64,000 nt of DNA from Diadema antillarum (lineage: Eukaryota): the NCBI RefSeq assembly GCF_040938485.1, contig NW_027272389.1, positions 496,001 through 560,000 on the forward strand, given 5' to 3'. How positions within the stretch are numbered: position 1 is the first letter of the stretch; every line of letters begins with the position of its first letter. Under the pieces are notes generated by a model. It saw only the letters and a program-made list of their open reading frames with translations, did not search any database and was not told where the DNA came from. The position numbers were made by a program, and so were the translations under genes. Of the stretch, positions 62,548 through 64,000 are shown piece after piece.

Positions 62548-64000
62548 TGTGAGGGTCACAGTAATATCAGCACTCACCCCCCCCTTTCCTGTGATGATTA
62601 CACTCGCTCATTATATTATGTAGTATTTATATGTATGTTTATCTATTTGATTCTCTATCCACACATGTAGGTGCATGATATATCACAGTACTCTAGTTGT
62701 ATAGTAGAGGTACATACACGGTGGTGTAAGGTCAGGAGGTAATTTACATAATCATGGAAAACACCCCCCCCCCCCATAAGTGGAATCTCCCTGTGAGGGG
62801 GTAAAGCGTGTCCTAAAGTTATTCAGAAGGGGCACCTCCTTTGATCATTCTTGAGAAGGCGTCCAAGCAGGCAACGTCACTTTAATCAACCTGCTCCTGT
62901 GGCTGTAGCATAGTCCCGTCCCTCATCCTTTGTACAAAGGTAAGAACATCTGTATGATGTGTCTTTGATATTTTATATTGATTAACATCATAATTTATGT
63001 GGTGTTCATTATATTACACATGATAATTTGAGAGTGTTTGGTTTTGCCAAATAATTAATGGATGAGGTTTCATTCACAAACGAGTGGTTAATGAGGATGG
63101 CATGTCAGTTGCCCATGAAGTGCATTAGCGACTTAGAATTTATAGTTCTGTTCTATCTATGTTTTATATCTATGCTTTAGTGTTATCAATATGAAGTGAT
63201 ATTGGTAGGGAACATCACTTACAGCAAGCTTGATGAAGGACTGTAGATGTTTCTTATTTCATCTTTATTCTATGTGACTTTGAGAAGCGTGCTTGATGCA
63301 GAGGGTAGCATAGAATATAGCGCTGTGGTGTATGGAGATAAAAGCTAAGTGTTCACACAGCCCGATGTACACTATAGTTGATTTTGGTAGGCACGCTAGA
63401 GGATTAAAAACAAAGGACAATGAACTTGGCCCCAGTACAGGGGATGATACAATATGCTGGTAGGTGCCTCGGCTTACAAAGGGTGACTGCCTTAAAGCAG
63501 TGGCTACATTCCAAAGACTGTTCTTTTTATGTTTACTGCTTGGCAAACTTCCTCTCTAACTATTTCAAAGACTTGGGCTGATGTGTACTATGCACTGTGC
63601 ACCCCTATTGATGAAGATGTAGGCAAGCTGCTCTTTGTTTCTATTATGAGCGAAGGAGGTAGCTAGTAAGATTGAGTTCAGGCAGGAAAGCCTCTACGCC
63701 CATTGACGCATGTACAATATATTTCAAGTTGCTAGATATAGGAAATAGAAATATATTTCCATTGTACATATCTATCTATCTTTTGTATATAATTATGTAT
63801 CTTACTGTGCTATCCTAGTGAAGGCAACTGATCAGTCCTTTGAGTATAGCTTTCAAACCGCTGTATGATGCATTATTTTATCAGTTAATATAGTTAGCAC
63901 TGGTTTATTAGTAGAGTGAACGATGCTTGGGTCGAATAATTCGATTTGTTCATCATAAACACAAGCACATATTTGATTTCATTCATAGATTCCTAACATG
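62548..64000 (+). repeat. 3' LTR (partial)
   Basis: Matches 56924-58379 with 11 substitutions and a 3-nt C-run difference by manual alignment. Confidence 0.97.

Larger units (their letters stand above)
56924..64000 (+). mobile_element. Ty3/Gypsy LTR retrotransposon, non-autonomous (gag plus integrase only); runs off the window
   Basis: Two near-identical LTRs, PBS, gag with CCHC knuckle, Gypsy-type integrase. Confidence 0.95.

Noticed and set aside
57644-63546. Identical 93-aa ORFs at 57644 and 63265
   Set aside because: Antisense ORFs within the two LTRs; no coding hallmarks

Overview
Intron-rich, repeat-dense animal genomic DNA; the repeat families suggest a marine invertebrate (inference). 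There are three N gaps and no rRNA, intact tRNA or CRISPR signal. Genes: (1) an orphan + strand terminal exon at 2442-2554. (2) A + strand tandem cluster of three SPMAP1/C17orf98 (DUF4542)-like units at 13.2-23.8 kb: one complete 3-exon, 174-aa orthologue with an RFX X-box upstream, and two divergent paralogous units. (3) A minus-strand gene with 8 phase-consistent exons (49962-35315, 458 aa visible, 5' end not found) encoding ARM repeats, a TIR domain retaining the NADase-type Glu, and a SAM-like C-terminus. Bases 56924-64000 are a young Ty3/Gypsy LTR element with 2.5-kb LTRs, a tRNA-Phe PBS, gag and a -1 frameshift signal. Its pol ORF encodes only an intact integrase, with no protease, RT or RNase H. 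The rest holds many non-autonomous DNA elements (Helentron/HINE-like, Tc1/mariner-, Harbinger-, Kolobok-, piggyBac-like MITEs and a 6-bp-TSD family), L2 LINE tails, a tRNA-SINE and microsatellites. All calls come from manual reading; no database searches were run.
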